From the NCBI RefSeq assembly GCF_009914755.1, contig NC_060927.1: a DNA stretch of 64,000 nucleotides; one strand, written 5' to 3'. Numbering within the stretch: position 1 is the stretch's first letter; every line of letters starts with the position of its first letter. The stretch comes from the human T2T-CHM13v2.0 reference genome, Homo sapiens. This document shows positions 15,628 to 28,769 of the stretch, in pieces. Position numbers and translations under genes: made by a program. Below the pieces are notes generated by a model. It was not told the origin of the DNA. It ran no database searches and saw only the letters and a program-made list of their open reading frames with translations.

Positions 15628-17579
15628 TGAGGACAGCGGCAGCCTGTTTGAAGTGATCACTACCATGATGTCAGCTGCAGTGGGGAACAGGGACAGACCA
15701 AGGGTCATCAGGTGCAGATACTGAGGTGGGCAATCCCTGGAGCCCACCCCTGGGAGCATCCCCGGAGTTCGCCACCATGGGAACCCACCCCCGGCAGCCA
15801 CCATGATGGGGCCAGACCTAGCTGCCTGCGGCAGGACAGCAACATGATCAGGCATGGAGGAGTAGGCAAAGAGGGGCCCTGAGGTTTAGCTGGGCCCAAG
15901 GTGGTGCCACACTTGCACACGGAGTGTGGGGACTGGGCCCAAGTTGTGGGCTGTGCTTCAGGGGCCCCTGAAGGAAGGAAGTGGGAAGGAAGTGGGAGCG
16001 GCACCCAGAGCAAAACGTACATCACCACAGAGCTGTATGCTACCCCCATAGAGCCAGCCACTACCAGCAGAGCCAGACTCCACATGTTGGAGCAGCTTAG
16101 CACTGGGCCCAGGCATGATGTGTTGGACTTAGAGCCCTTGCCCCAGCATATGAGGAGGTGCAGCTGGTGCTGCATGCTCCACAGAACCAGTGGGAGCCAG
16201 CAACAAGTAGGAGCCCCACCCTCTCAGAGTTGGCAGGGCGGAAGCTCCCTGGGGAAAGCTGCAGCTGCCCTGCCAGGCTGCGGACCCAGGCATCTCTGCA
16301 CTCTTGGGGCCCAGGGAAGACCCCCTTGCCCCACAGGTTCAGAAGTGCCTGCTCCTCCTGCTGCCTGGCTTCTCCCCACTGTCAGCTCCCTCTCTGGTCT
16401 TGAAACAAGGTTGAAGCCAAGCCCAGGTGCTGTTGCAACCCTGCCAGGTGTGCACATGCTCAGGGAAGCCATGACATGCCAGCTCCCTGCTGCCTCAGGC
16501 CCCTGCAGATTTTAGGCACCAAGAAGCACAAGAGGGAGGCCGAGGAGGAGGGACTCAGGGCAGCTTGGTCCTGATCTGCAGGTGCCCCTGGGCACAAACA
16601 GCTTGAGTGCCATAAACAGCAGTGGGAGGCAGACAAGATCCTGGACAGAAAGGGGCAGGTCCCCTGTGAAGCTGCGCCTCCAAGCTGGGGAGGGCCTGAA
16701 GCCTGGAAGCCAGGCTGGAAGGGAAACTTGTAGTGCTCTTCCCTGGGCCTGCCCATGGCCACCCATGACTGCCAATGGACCAATCAGCATTCACTTCCTC
16801 CACTCTGAGGCCCATAAAAGCCCCAGACTCAGCCAGACTTAAAGAGAGGATGGTATGATCAGCTGCAGAAAGGAGTTGCCTTCTCTCATGAGAGCCAAGG
16901 AGACAATGGGATAATCAGCTGCCTAGGGGAGCTGCCATTTCTGCTGAGATCTGAATACTCATTGTGGTACCCTGGCTGTGGAGAGGAGGTACCCACTGCA
17001 GGCCTCCTCTGAGATGTTTTATCATTCAATAAAGTTCCTATTCATCTTGCAAACACATCCCTTGCTCACCAAGTTGTGGATGACAAGAGGAGAGACGAGA
17101 GGAGGAGAAAAAAAGCCACAGCCCTTTCGGAATCCCAGACCTAGGAGCTCCCCTACCCAGGGCTGTGACACTCTCTTTAGGGCTGTACAATTCCTGGCAT
17201 CACTAAGCTTCCAGGCACCACCACATTCCCTGAAGACAGCCATAGAAGTTGCTTATGGCCCAGTGCAGCCTTGCAGGGAGCCAGTGCCTATGCTGGCACC
17301 TAAAGGTGCCTGTCCCACGGCAGCTGGTGTGTCCAGCTATGCACAGTTGCCAGACCCCATGCTCACTCACAACCCCTCACCACTCTGCCTGGTTCACCCT
17401 TGGCAGAGATGGGATGCAGGCTGGTACCTCAAGCCAAGTGTAGCCTCCAGGCTAAGTGTGCTGAACAAGCCCAGTGGGCCAGATCAAAATTAAGGTAAAG
17501 GCACCACTGGACACAGAGGTGCTGACACTACACCCCAAGAATCTAGCTGGAGACACTACACACCAAGGATCTTGTAACA
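15628..17579 (+). mobile_element. MER52-family (ERV1) solo LTR, ~1.95 kb, GC-rich
   Basis: TGA...ACA termini. The start TGAGGACAGCGGCAGCCTG...GCTGCAGTGGGG resembles MER52. CCAAT-like ~16780, CCCATAAAAGCCCC TATA-like ~16811, AATAAA ~17028. Sharp GC contrast with flanks. Flanking TATG/TTTG is a possible degenerate 4-bp TSD. Confidence 0.8.
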
Positions 17580-19529
17580 TTTGTACATTGTTGTAGTTAG
17601 ACTTCTTGTTTTCAGAGAGCCATTTGTAAACAGTGTGTATGTATTTATTACTTCTGAGTTTGCTCAAATTGAATATATTGTTTTTGTAGTTCAAGTATAT
17701 TTTTTAAGTGCTTTAAAAGTATTTCTCATCATTTGGGAGAATATATAATATGCCTAAGTAAAGAGGACTAATGGCTTCTTATTCTGAGAATTCGTTAATA
17801 ATTTTTAAAATGTTTCTTTTGGAGCATACGAAAATTAGGAAATTGAGAAAAGCACAGAGATAACTCCGAAGCACAACTTGGTTCTTGAAGGCAGCCCAAT
17901 AGTAGACTTCTTACTGAACAGGAAGTAATGCTAGCTTTCCATCCAGATGTGCATTAATTGGGGAGATACGGTAAGTATGGCTTGGTGGAGAAATAAGTAA
18001 GTTTCAATGCAATGACTTCTAAACATTTGGTTATTTTGTGATTATCACTCAGGGAAAATGCTCTCTGTAGTTTTTTATGAGAATGCATGTTTAAGCTTTT
18101 ACTTATCTAACCAGTTTTTGGGGGTTTCTTAAGCATTTTTCAATCAGGTATAATAAAGTTGATTCCCACAAGCAGTTTCAATCTTTGCCCAGAGAATGAC
18201 TAATATTTTTAGTCTCTATCACTTACCGCATGACTTAGATACAATTATAGCTATCCACTTCAAGAAAAATTATAACCAGATTGGTTTCAACACTGTTCTG
18301 GAACTGATTGTATACTATGGATACAGTCCGAACATTGTTAAGTAGTTCAAGCCAAAAGTGTAAATGGGGTACTTTTTTGACTGATGTTTCTACTACTCAT
18401 AAAGCTAATAAAAGTATTGAAAGAAACTACTAGTGGCCCCAAAACACTGCAAACTCAGAAATAGAGCATAGTATTAAGATAGTAAGATAAAGGAAGATGC
18501 ATCTTTCTTACTCTTACTGGCTATCACTGGCTCGGACAATCATAACTACAAGGAGTTTTCTACTACACTTTTTACCAGCCTATCATTAACCACAGCCCTT
18601 CACAAACACTGCTCCTGATTCACTCTTAAAACCCATTATCTACATTTATTTAAATATTTCCGTAGCTATTTTTGAAAAGCTACTGGTCCAGAAACATAGA
18701 TGATAGGAGAAGATATTCCACCCTGGTACTGCAATAATCAAAATCAAGTTTATATAAGTTGCAGTAGACACAGAAAGAATGCTAGTAAGAGTGCACACTC
18801 CAATAATAATTTTTATATACTACATAAGTTCAGAAATTTTTAAAACTCAGCTGAGATAATGGAAGAGACTACATAAATATATTTGCAATAAAAAATTATA
18901 TGAGGATCTGTACACATTGGTCTTCCTTACAGAACAATTATAAAAAAGAGATCTGCCAAAATCTTACTTAGTTGACAGTTATCAAGGACCAAAGCAATCT
19001 CTTTGGATAAAAAAAAATTTCTGAATCTTTAATTCAGTCAAGGTATATTAAGTAGAAAAAAATAAACTGAAATGTACATTAGGAAATGTTAATATCAAAA
19101 ATAAAAGGAATAGTGTCTAGAATATCTGGAAATGATAATACATTTAAAACTAAAGATATAGATAATTATTTTACCAATATATTTAGTATATTCTTTCTCT
19201 TTTAAATATACCTTAAGAATTTCCATTGCCCTGCTTTTAGATGTTTTTACAGGTCTTTAAGAATTTTGTTCTGGTATTGAAAGTCATTTTCTCTTCGTAC
19301 GTATAGGACTTCAGGTTGCTAGTATGCTCTCCGTTGATTGAAAAGAAAATGCAACACTAGTGTGACTCTCTAGTTATTGAAAAGTAGCAATACTTTTTTG
19401 AGTTTAATGGGATAGGTTTTGTAGATATTGTATTTTTTCTCTCAGAATAATTATATGATGTTTTCAAAGTGTGTCCTTTGCAAATTTACTATAATGGATG
19501 TATAAATAAATATTTTATTACCAAATTTG

Positions 19530-19758
19530 TTAATTCAATAAATATGAATTGGGTATTTTAATGTGCTATTCTGGGCACTAGGCAAACATTAATAAATAAA
19601 AATTACAAAAAGTAATTCATCTTATGTAATTTATATTTAAGGTGGAGCAGTGGGTGCAGACAATTAACAGAATATAAAATGAAAGTCTATTTATGTGAAT
19701 TTGGAAGTAATAATTACTTTGATATGTGGGAAAAAATGAAGCAACAAAGAAAATGGAA
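19530..19758 (-). mobile_element. L2 3' end (host element, continues at 22343-22620)
   Basis: ATTCAATAAATAT...GTGCTATTCTGGGCACTAGG L2 tail-type sequence. Confidence 0.55.
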
Positions 19759-22342
19759 TGAGAATTGTCTATTCATGTCCTTGGCCTACTTTTTGATAGG
19801 ATTGTTTATTTGTTTCTCTTACTAATTTGAGTTCCTTGTAGATTCTGGATATTAGTCCTTTGTTGATTGCATAGATTGTGAAGATTTTCTCCCACTCTGT
19901 GGGTTCTCTGTTTAATCTGCTGACTGTTCCTTTTGTTGTGCAGAAGTGCTTTAGTTTAATTAAGTCCCACCCATTCATCTTTGTTTTCATTGCATTTGCT
20001 TCTTGGTTCTTAGTCATGAAGTCTTTGCCTAAGCCAATGTCTAGAAGGGTTTTTTCAATTTTATCTTCTAGAATCTTTATGGTTTTAGGTCTTTGATTTA
20101 AGTCTTTCATCCATTTTGAGTTGATTTTTTGTATAAGGTGAGAGATGAGGATACAGTTTCATTGTTCTACATGTGGCTTACCAATTATCCCAGGACCATT
20201 TGTCGAATAGGGTGCTCTTTCCCCACTTTATGTTTTTGTTTCTTTATCAAAGATCAGTTGGGTGTAAGTATTTGGCTTTATTTCTGGCTTATCTATTCTG
20301 TTCCATTGGTCAATGTGCCTATTTTTTATACCTGTACCATGCTGTTTTGGTGACTATGGCCTTATAGTCACTTTGAAGTTGAACAATGTGATGCCTTCAG
20401 ATTTGTTCTTTTTGCTTAGTCTTGCTTTGACTATGCAGGGTCTTTTCTGATTCCATAGGAATTTTAGAATTGCTTTTTCTAGTTCTGTGGAGAATGATGG
20501 AGGTATTTTATTTTTTTCTTTGAGGCGGAGTCTCGCTCTGTCACCCAGGCTGGAGTGCAGTGGCGCAATCTCGACTCACTGCAAGCTCTGCCTCCCAAGT
20601 TCACACCATTCTCCTGCCTCAGCATCCTGAGTAGCTGGGACTACAGGTGCCTGCCACCACGCCTGGCTAATTTTTTGTATTTTTAGTAGAGATCGGGTTT
20701 CACTGTGTTAGCCAGGATGGTCTCGATCTCTTGATCTCGTGATCCGCCCGCCTCAGCCTCCCAAAGTGCTGGGATTACAGGCGTGAGCCACTGCGCCTGG
20801 CCTGATGGTGGTATTTTGATGGGAACTGCATGGAATTTGTAGATTGTTTTTGGCAGTGTGGTCATTTTCACAGTATTGATTCTACCCATCCATAAGAGTG
20901 GGATGTGTTTCCATTTGTTTCTGTCATCTATGATTTCTTTTATCAGTGTTTTGTGGTTTTCCTTGCAGAGGTCTTTTATCTCCTTGGTTAGGTATATTCC
21001 AAAGCATTTCGTTTTATTTTTTGCATGTATTGCAAAGGGGTTGACTTCTTGATTTGATTCTCAGCTTGGTTGTTCTTGGTGTATAGCAGAGCTACTGATT
21101 TGTGTACATTAATTTTGTATCCTGAAATTTTGCTGAATTCATTTATCAGTTCTAGGAGCTTTTTGGAGGGGTCTTTAGCATTTTCTAGGTATATGATAAT
21201 ATCATTAGCAAAGAGCGATACTTTGATTTCCTTTTTACCAATTTGGATGCCCTTTATTTCTTTCTCTTACCTGATTGCTCTGGCTAGGACTTCTAGTACT
21301 ATGTTGAATACAAGTGGTGAGACAGAGCATCCTTGAGTCATTCCAGTTCTCAGAAAGAATGCTTTCAACTTTTCTCTTTCAGTATTATGTTGGCTGTGGT
21401 TTTGTCATAGATGGCCTTTATTACATTGAGGTATGTCCCATGTATGCCGATTTTGCTAAGGGTTTTAATCATAAAATGTTGCTGGATTTTGTCAAATGTT
21501 TTTCTGCATCTATTGAAATGATTTTATGATGTTTGCTTTTAATTCTGTTTATGTGGTGTATCACGTTTATTGACTCGCATCTTTTAAACTATCCCTGTAT
21601 CCTTGGTATGAAACCCATTTGATCATGGTGAATTATCTTTTTGATATGCTGTTGGATTCAGTTAGCTAGTATTTTGTTAAGAATTTTGCATTTATGTTCA
21701 TGAGGGATATAATGCTCTACATCACTAATGATCAGGCAAATGGAAATCAAAACCACAATGTGATACCATCTTACTCCTGCAACAATGGCCATAATAAAAA
21801 AAAAAAAATAGATGTTGGTGTGGATGTGGTGAAAAGGGAACACTTCTACATTGCTGTGGAAATGTAAACAAGTACAAGCACTATGGAAAACAGTGTGGAG
21901 GTTTCTTAAGGAACTAAAACCATTTGATCCAACAATCCCACTACTGGGTGTATACCTAGAAGAAAAGAAGTAATTATATGAAAAAAATATTGGCACACAC
22001 ATGTTTATAGCAGCACAATTTGCAATTGCAAATATATGGAACTAGCCCAACAGCCCATCAATCAACAAGAAGATAAATTTATATATATAAATAAATTTTA
22101 TAAATTTTATATATATAAATAAGATAAAGAAATATATATGTAATGTATATATATATATTTTTTCAAATGGAAATCATGAGTATACAATTGCATATAAGTA
22201 TTTGACATTTGATAGAACTATCTAGCCTGGAGGCATTTATATATATTTATATATATTTATATATATGTATATATGGAATAGTACTCAGCCATAAAAAGAA
22301 ATGAATTAATGGCCTTTGCAGCAACTTGGATAAAACTGGAGA
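19759..22342 (+). mobile_element. L1PB-like element with 5' inversion (19759-21710 inverted; 21711-22342 sense), 3' end lost
   Basis: Minus-strand ORFs 19769-20110 ([14 protein letters not shown]...WDLIKLK) and 20683-20889 (GRINTVKMTTLPK) are L1 ORF2. Orientation flips at 21710/21711. It ends at AAACTGGAGA with no 3'UTR or tail. Confidence 0.85.
20510..20802 (-). mobile_element. AluY inserted in L1PB
   Basis: Antisense AluY. TSD TGATGG(A/T)GGTATTTT at 20495-20509 and 20803-20817. Confidence 0.95.
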
Positions 22343-22620
22343 AAGGTAGAAATAGTGAAAAGTCATAGGATTCTGCACTTTTGAAGGTACAAGTAACGGA
22401 ATTTCTTGAAGTATTTGATTGTGGGGTGTAAAGGGAAAAGAAAAAATTATGAAGATTTTAAGTTTTTTAGTATAAACAACTGGGAACACTGAATTGCCAA
22501 CAGCTAAAACAGATGACTTTCAGATACTTTTAGATATTCAAATGGAAATCATGAGTAGTCAGTTGCATATACATATTCGAAGTCTGATAGAAAAAACTAT
22601 CTAGCCTGGAGACATTTTTA
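22343..22620 (-). mobile_element. L2 fragment
   Basis: TTTGAAGGTACAAGTAACGGAATTT...GATTGTGGGGTGT; ATATTCAAATGGAAATCATGAGTAGTCAGTTG...GCCTGGAGA are L2 antisense-type motifs. Confidence 0.6.
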
Positions 22621-22959
22621 AATCACATATAGACTAAAATTGACACTGGAAAGATGCAGGATTTATATATACTAACACATATTTAGAAGCAATATATGCA
22701 CCATATTTCTGCCCATTTTTACTCTTCCATATGTTGCTGATTCTCTGTGGTTTTTCTATTATTTCTCTACCAAAGAGGTTTGTCATTGTCTACTTTTATT
22801 CTATATATATTTTTTTTAATTTGAGAGTACATATTATGGAATAGCAAAGGCTTTACCTCTTATTATCTCTTTACTTTCAGATTCACTTTAACTAGAAATT
22901 TTTTTTAAGTCTTTGGTCAGATTCTTGAGGCAGAATACAAATAAGCTTAAAAGAAATTG

Positions 22960-23150
22960 TTTTCCAGTCAAGCCTTCAGATGAGAATGCAGTCCAGCTGA
23001 CACTTTAATTTCAGCCTTATCAGAGCCTGAGAAAAGAACTCTATTCAGCCACATTCTGAACGCTGACCCACATAAACTTGGACATAATAAATATGTATAT
23101 TATAAGCTGTAAAGTCTGTGGTAATTTGTTTTGCAACAATAAATAATTCA
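22960..23150 (+). mobile_element. MLT1 (MaLR) LTR 3' fragment
   Basis: GTCAAGCCTTCAGATGAGAATGCAG..CAGCTGACAC and AAGCTGTAAAGTCTGTGGTAATTTGTT. Confidence 0.7.
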
Positions 23151-23217
23151 AGAGCCATTTTTAATAAAATAATAAAAAACAGAAAACAAAGTTAGATAAA
23201 AATAATTCATTACCATT

Positions 23218-24838
23218 TAATACAAACAATTGGTATTTAGGAGTGGTGTATTTCTATAAAGATACCTGAAAATGAGTTAACAACTTTGTAACTGGGTAAC
23301 TAGCAGAGAGTGTGGAGGGTTCAGAAGAAGATGAGAAGATACGAGAGAGTTTGGAACTTCCTAGAGACTTGTTGAATAGTTGTGAACCAAATGATGATAG
23401 TGATATGGACAGTGAAGACCAGGCTGAGAAGATCTCAGATGGAGATGAGGAAGTAATTGAGAACTGGAGCAAAGGTCACTTTTTTTTCACCTTGCACGTA
23501 GAGCTGGTTGGATAGTGCCCCAGCCCTAGGGATCTGTGGAACTTTGAACTTGAGATTGATGATTTAAGGTATCTGCCTGAAGAAATTTCTAAGCAGTAAA
23601 GTCTTCAAAATATTGTCTAGCTGCATCTAACAACATATGCTCATAAGCATGAGCAAAGAAATGATCTGAAACTGGAATGTATATTTAAAAGAGAAGCAGA
23701 TGTAAATGTTTGGAAAATTTGCAGCCTGGCCATGTGGTAGAAAAGAAAAGCCTATTTTATGGGGAGGAATTAGAGCAGGCTATAGAAATTTGCACAAGTA
23801 AAAAAAGAGCAAAATGCTAATAGTCAAGACAATGGGTAAAAGGCCTCAAAGTATTTAGGAGACCTTTGCAGCAGCATTCTTCATGGCAGACTCTTCTCAC
23901 AGACACAGATGCCTAGGAGGCTAGAATGCTTTCATGAGTTGGGCCCAGGAACCCGCTGCCCTGCACAGCCTCAGGACACTGTTCCCTGCATCTCAACTAC
24001 TCTGTCCCCAGTTGTGGCTCAAGAACCCCAAACACAGCTTGGGTCTCTGCTTCAGAAGGTGCAAGCTATGAGCCTTGGCAGCCTCCATGTGTTGTTAAGC
24101 CTGCTGGTACACAATGTGCAAGAATTGAGGTTTAGGAACCTCCACCCATTTCAGAGATGTATGAAAAAGCCTCAATGTCCAGGCGGAAGCCTGCTGCAGA
24201 GACAGAGCCCTTTTGGAGAACCACTACAAGGGCAGTGCAGAGAAGAAATGTAGAGTTGGAGCCCCCACACTGAGTTGCCACTGGGATACTGCCTAGTAAA
24301 GCTGTGAGAAGAGGGTCACTGTCCTCCAGATCCCAGGATGTAGATCCACCAACAGCTTGCACCATGTCCCTGGAAAAGCCACAGGCACTCAGCACAAGCC
24401 CTTGAAACAGCCTGAGGAGCTGAACCCTGCAAAACCACAGTGGTGGAGCTGCCAAGGCCTTGGGAGCCGAGCCCTCACACCAGTTTTCCCTGGATATGAG
24501 ACATGGAATCAAAAGAGATTATTTCAGAGCTTTAATGTTTAATGACCGCCCATCTGGGTTTTGAATTTTCACGTGGCCTATTGCCTCATTCTTTTAGCTG
24601 ATTTCTCCCTTTTGGAGTGGGAGTATTTACCAATGCTTTTCTACCAATTGTATCTTGGTAGTAACTAACTTATATTTGATTTTAAAGACTCATAGGTAGA
24701 AGGGACTTGCCTTTGACTCAAATGAGACTTTGGACTTGAGTTAATGCTAGAATGAGTTAAGATGCTGGGGGACTGTTGGGAAGGTTGTATTTTGCAATGT
24801 GAGAAAAACATAAAATTTGGGAGTGGCCAGGGGTGAAA
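23218..24838 (+). mobile_element. MST-int (MaLR internal region); 5' LTR absent except terminal TAATACA
   Basis: Typical MST/THE1-int motifs (GATACCTGAAAATG, GGAGGGTTCAGAAGAAGA, TTTGGAACTTCCTAGAGACTTGTTGAAT; ORF MEGSEEDEKIRESLELPRDLLN). Polypurine tract GGCCAGGGGTGAAA before the LTR. Confidence 0.85.
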
Positions 24839-25244
24839 TGATATAGTTTGGATCTATTTCCCCCCTAAATTTTATGTTCAATTGTATCCCTAATGTTGGA
24901 GGCAGGACCTAGTGGAAGGTAATTGGATCATGGGGGCAGTTTCTCATGGTTCCACACCATCCTCCTTGGTGCTGTCATACAGTGAGTTCTCGTGAGATTT
25001 GGTTGTTTAAAGGTGTGTGGCACTTCCTCTCTCTTCCTCCTGCTTTGGCCCTGTGAGGTGCTCACTCCCCCTTTGCCTTTCGCCATGATCATAAGTTTTC
25101 TAAGGCCTCCTGAGGGGCCAAGGAGATGCTAGCATCATGCTTCCTGTATACCCTGTGGAACTATGAACCAATTAAATCTCTTTTCTTTGTAAATTACCCA
25201 GTATCAGGTATTTCATTATAGCAATGCAAGAATAGACTAATACA
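24839..25244 (+). mobile_element. MSTA-type 3' LTR
   Basis: TGATATAGTTTGGATC start, ...GACTAATACA end, ~406 bp. Confidence 0.9.
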
Positions 25245-28200
25245 TTGATAAAGTCAATGAACATTTAAATAAAATAAGTAAAACATGGAGCAAACTCAAA
25301 TACAATCAGAAATTAAAAAGAAGACATTAACACTGATACAACAGAAATAATATGATCATAAAAGACTTACAAAAAATTTTACAACAACAAATTGAATAAC
25401 CTAGAAGACAGAGATAAATTCCTTGATATATATAACTTACCAAGGCTGAATTATAAAGAAATAGAAAATCTTAACCAACTCATAGTGAGTAAAGGGATTA
25501 AAATAATAATAAAAATTATGCCATCAAGGAAAAGCACAAGTCTTGATGACTTCACTGATGAATTTAAACATTAAAAAATAACTAATACCAATTCTTCTTA
25601 AACTCTTTCAGAAAATTAAAAAGAACATAATTATTTCAAACTCATTTTACAAGGCCAGAATCACTCTGATTCCAAAGCCAGACAAGGACACTACAAAAAA
25701 AGAAAATAACAAGCCTATGTCCCAGATAAGCATACATGCAGAAATCCTTGAAAGAATACTAACAGATCAAATCCAACAGTACATTAAAAAGATGATTTAA
25801 TATGATCAAGTGGGTTTTCTTTAAGGGATGCAAGAACAGTTCAACATACGTAAATCAATAAGCAAGATATATCACATAAACAGAATGAAAGACAAAAATC
25901 ATATTTCAATAAATAAAGATTTGACACAACTCAATATCTTTTTATAAAATCTCTCAACACATTAGAGATAGAAAGTATGTACTTCAGCACATTAAAGATC
26001 AGGTATAACAAGTGCACAGCTCACATAATCAATGAGAAAAAGTTGACAGCTTTTCCTCTAAGATTAGAAACAAGACAAGGGGCCCACAATTATCACTTCT
26101 ATTCAGTATAGTCCTGAATATTCAAGCCAAATAAATTAGACTAGAAAAAAACATTCAAATTAAAAAGGAAAAAGTTAAATTGTCCCTATGTGCAGATGAC
26201 ATGATCTTATATATAAAGTATTTTAGCAACTCCACCTAAGAAAATCATTAGAAAAAATAAGCAAATGTAGTAATGTTGCATGATACAAAAATCCACATTC
26301 AAAATTAGTAGCATTTCTATACACTATATAGTGAGCCATCTGAAAAAGAAATTAAGAAAATACCCCCATTTAAAATAGCTGTAAAAGATAAAATACCTAG
26401 GAATAAATTTAACCAACAAGTAAAGATCTCTACATTGAAAACCATAAGACAGTGGTGAAAGAAATTAAAGAAGACACAGATGAATAAAAAGACATATTTA
26501 TAAGTATGAATAATTAGATTTGTTAAAATGTTCATACCACTCAAGCTGATCTATAGAAGAAACATAATCCCTATTAAAATAACAATGACATTTTTCACAA
26601 AAAAAGAGAAAAAATTCTAAAGTCTGTATGAAACTACTGAAAACTCTGGATAATAATCAAAGCAATTTTGAGAGGAAAGAAGAAACCTGGAGGCATCACA
26701 TTACTTGACTTCAAAATATATGACAAAGTCATAGTAACCAAAACAGCATAACACTGCCATAAAACCAGACACATAGACCAAAGGAACAGAAAAGAGTTCT
26801 CAGAAATAAATCTACACATTTACAGTCAGTTGATCTTTGACAAAGTCTGCAAGAAACTACAACGGGAAAAGGACAGTCTCTTTAATAAATGATGTTGGGA
26901 AAATGGATGGATATCTATGTGCAGATGAATAAGATTAAACACTTATCTTACATCATAGACAAAAATCATCTCAAAACAGTTACAAGAGTTAAATGTAAGA
27001 CTCAACACTATGAAACTCCTAGAAGAAGAAACTAGAAGACAAAATAAGCAAATTCTTCAGGTCATTGGTTTATATAATGATTTATTGGATATGACCCCAA
27101 AAGCAGAGTTAACAAAAGCAAAAGTAGACAAATGATATTATATTAGCAAAATTTTCCACACAGTAAAGCAGACAATCAACTGGACGAAAACACAACTTAT
27201 AAAACGTGGAAATATTTTCAAACCTTACATCTGATAAGGAGTTCATATCCAAAATATATAAGAAATACAAATAATGAAATAGCAGGAAAACAACCCAATT
27301 TAAAAACAAGCAAAGGACGTAAATACCATTTTTTTCAAAAAAAGACATATATATGGCCAGTAGGCATATAAAAAATATTCAACATCACTAATCATCAGAA
27401 AAATGCTAATTAAAACCACAATGAGATATCACCTTACACCTATTGGAATTTCTATTATCAAAAAGATGAAAGATAGTAAGTGTTAGCAAGGATGTGGCGA
27501 AAACCAAACCCTCACAGACTGTTGGTGGGAATGTAAATTAATGCAACCTTTATGGAAAACAGTATCGAAGTTTCACAAGAAAATTAAAATAGAACTACCA
27601 TATGATCCAGCAATCCCACTACAGGATATGTACAGTAGTTTTAAACATGAAATCTATATTTCCAAAAAAAAATTTGCACTCCTATGCTTATTGCAGCATT
27701 ATTCACAGTAGTTGAGATATGGAATCAACTTAAGGGCCCATGAAGGGATGAATGGATTTAAAAAATGTGATATATATATACAATGGAATACTGTCCAGCT
27801 TTAAAAAAGAAGGGAGTCCAGTCACATATGACTATATAGATGAATCTGCAAGACATTATGTTAAATGAAATAAGCCAGGCACAGAAAGACAAATACTGCC
27901 TTATCTCAATTATAGGTGTAATCCAAAAAAATAGAGTTCACAGATGGACAGATTAGAATGGTTGCCACCAGGAGGTGGGGTGGCTGCTGGGAGGGGGGAT
28001 TGCATTGGGGAGATGTTACTCAAAGGGTACAAAATTTAAGTTTGATAGGAAGAATAAGTTCAAGAGATTTGATGTACAACATGGTTATACTACATAGTTA
28101 ACAATATATTGTATTACTGAAAAATGCTAAGAGAGTGGACTTAAAGTATTATTACTACAAAAATGATGACCATGTGAAATAGTTCATGTATAAATCATTT

Positions 28201-28250
28201 AAAATAATGTGTGGTACATAGTAAATATACAATTTTATCTCTCAATTTCA
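25245..28250 (+). mobile_element. L1MA (MA6-8-like) ORF2 plus 3'UTR, 5'-truncated
   Basis: ORF 25392-25574 (NLEDRDKFLDIYNLPRLN.KEIENLN) is L1 ORF2. Degenerate ORF2 continues into an L1MA-type 3'UTR (CAAAGGGTACAAAATTT...AATAAGTTCAAGAGAT). Confidence 0.9.
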
Positions 28251-28769
28251 GAAACCCTCTTCCCTTTATGTTTTTGGCAATATTCCCTTTGATGACATCT
28301 TCATATGAGGGTAGTTGGATAATATTAATTTTCTATTCAGTTGATTAAAAATAATTTAATCTTTACTATCATTAATCATATATTTAATATCCTTACTAAT
28401 ATATAATGTTCATTTCAAATTTGTAACTTGTTAAGAGTGATGTTATGTAAGGTTTTAGAATCAAATTTGGAATGCAATTATTAGTTTGTTTTATATAACT
28501 TCGTTAGACTTTAGGGTGTTTCAAATTTACTGGTGCCGTGACTAATTTGAAATTGAATTCACAACCATCATCAACAAGTTTGTCAGTATTCTGTGTCAAA
28601 TTATCAAGAAATAAATATTTCCAGTGGGTTCATAGAGTTTATTTATTTTCATTAAAATGATTTTAAATCATCATCTATTCAAATGTACCTCTTTAACTTA
28701 ATCATTTCTAACCTTTCAAAAACTGTCTTTAAAAAATTATTTGTCTAATAATAACTCTTCTGGTGTGTA

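Noticed and set aside
15604-17493. Dense ORFs up to 204 aa on both strands, gene-like GC island
   Set aside because: Entirely within the MER52 LTR. Stop-poor GC sequence gives ORFs in all frames, with no domain or splice structure.
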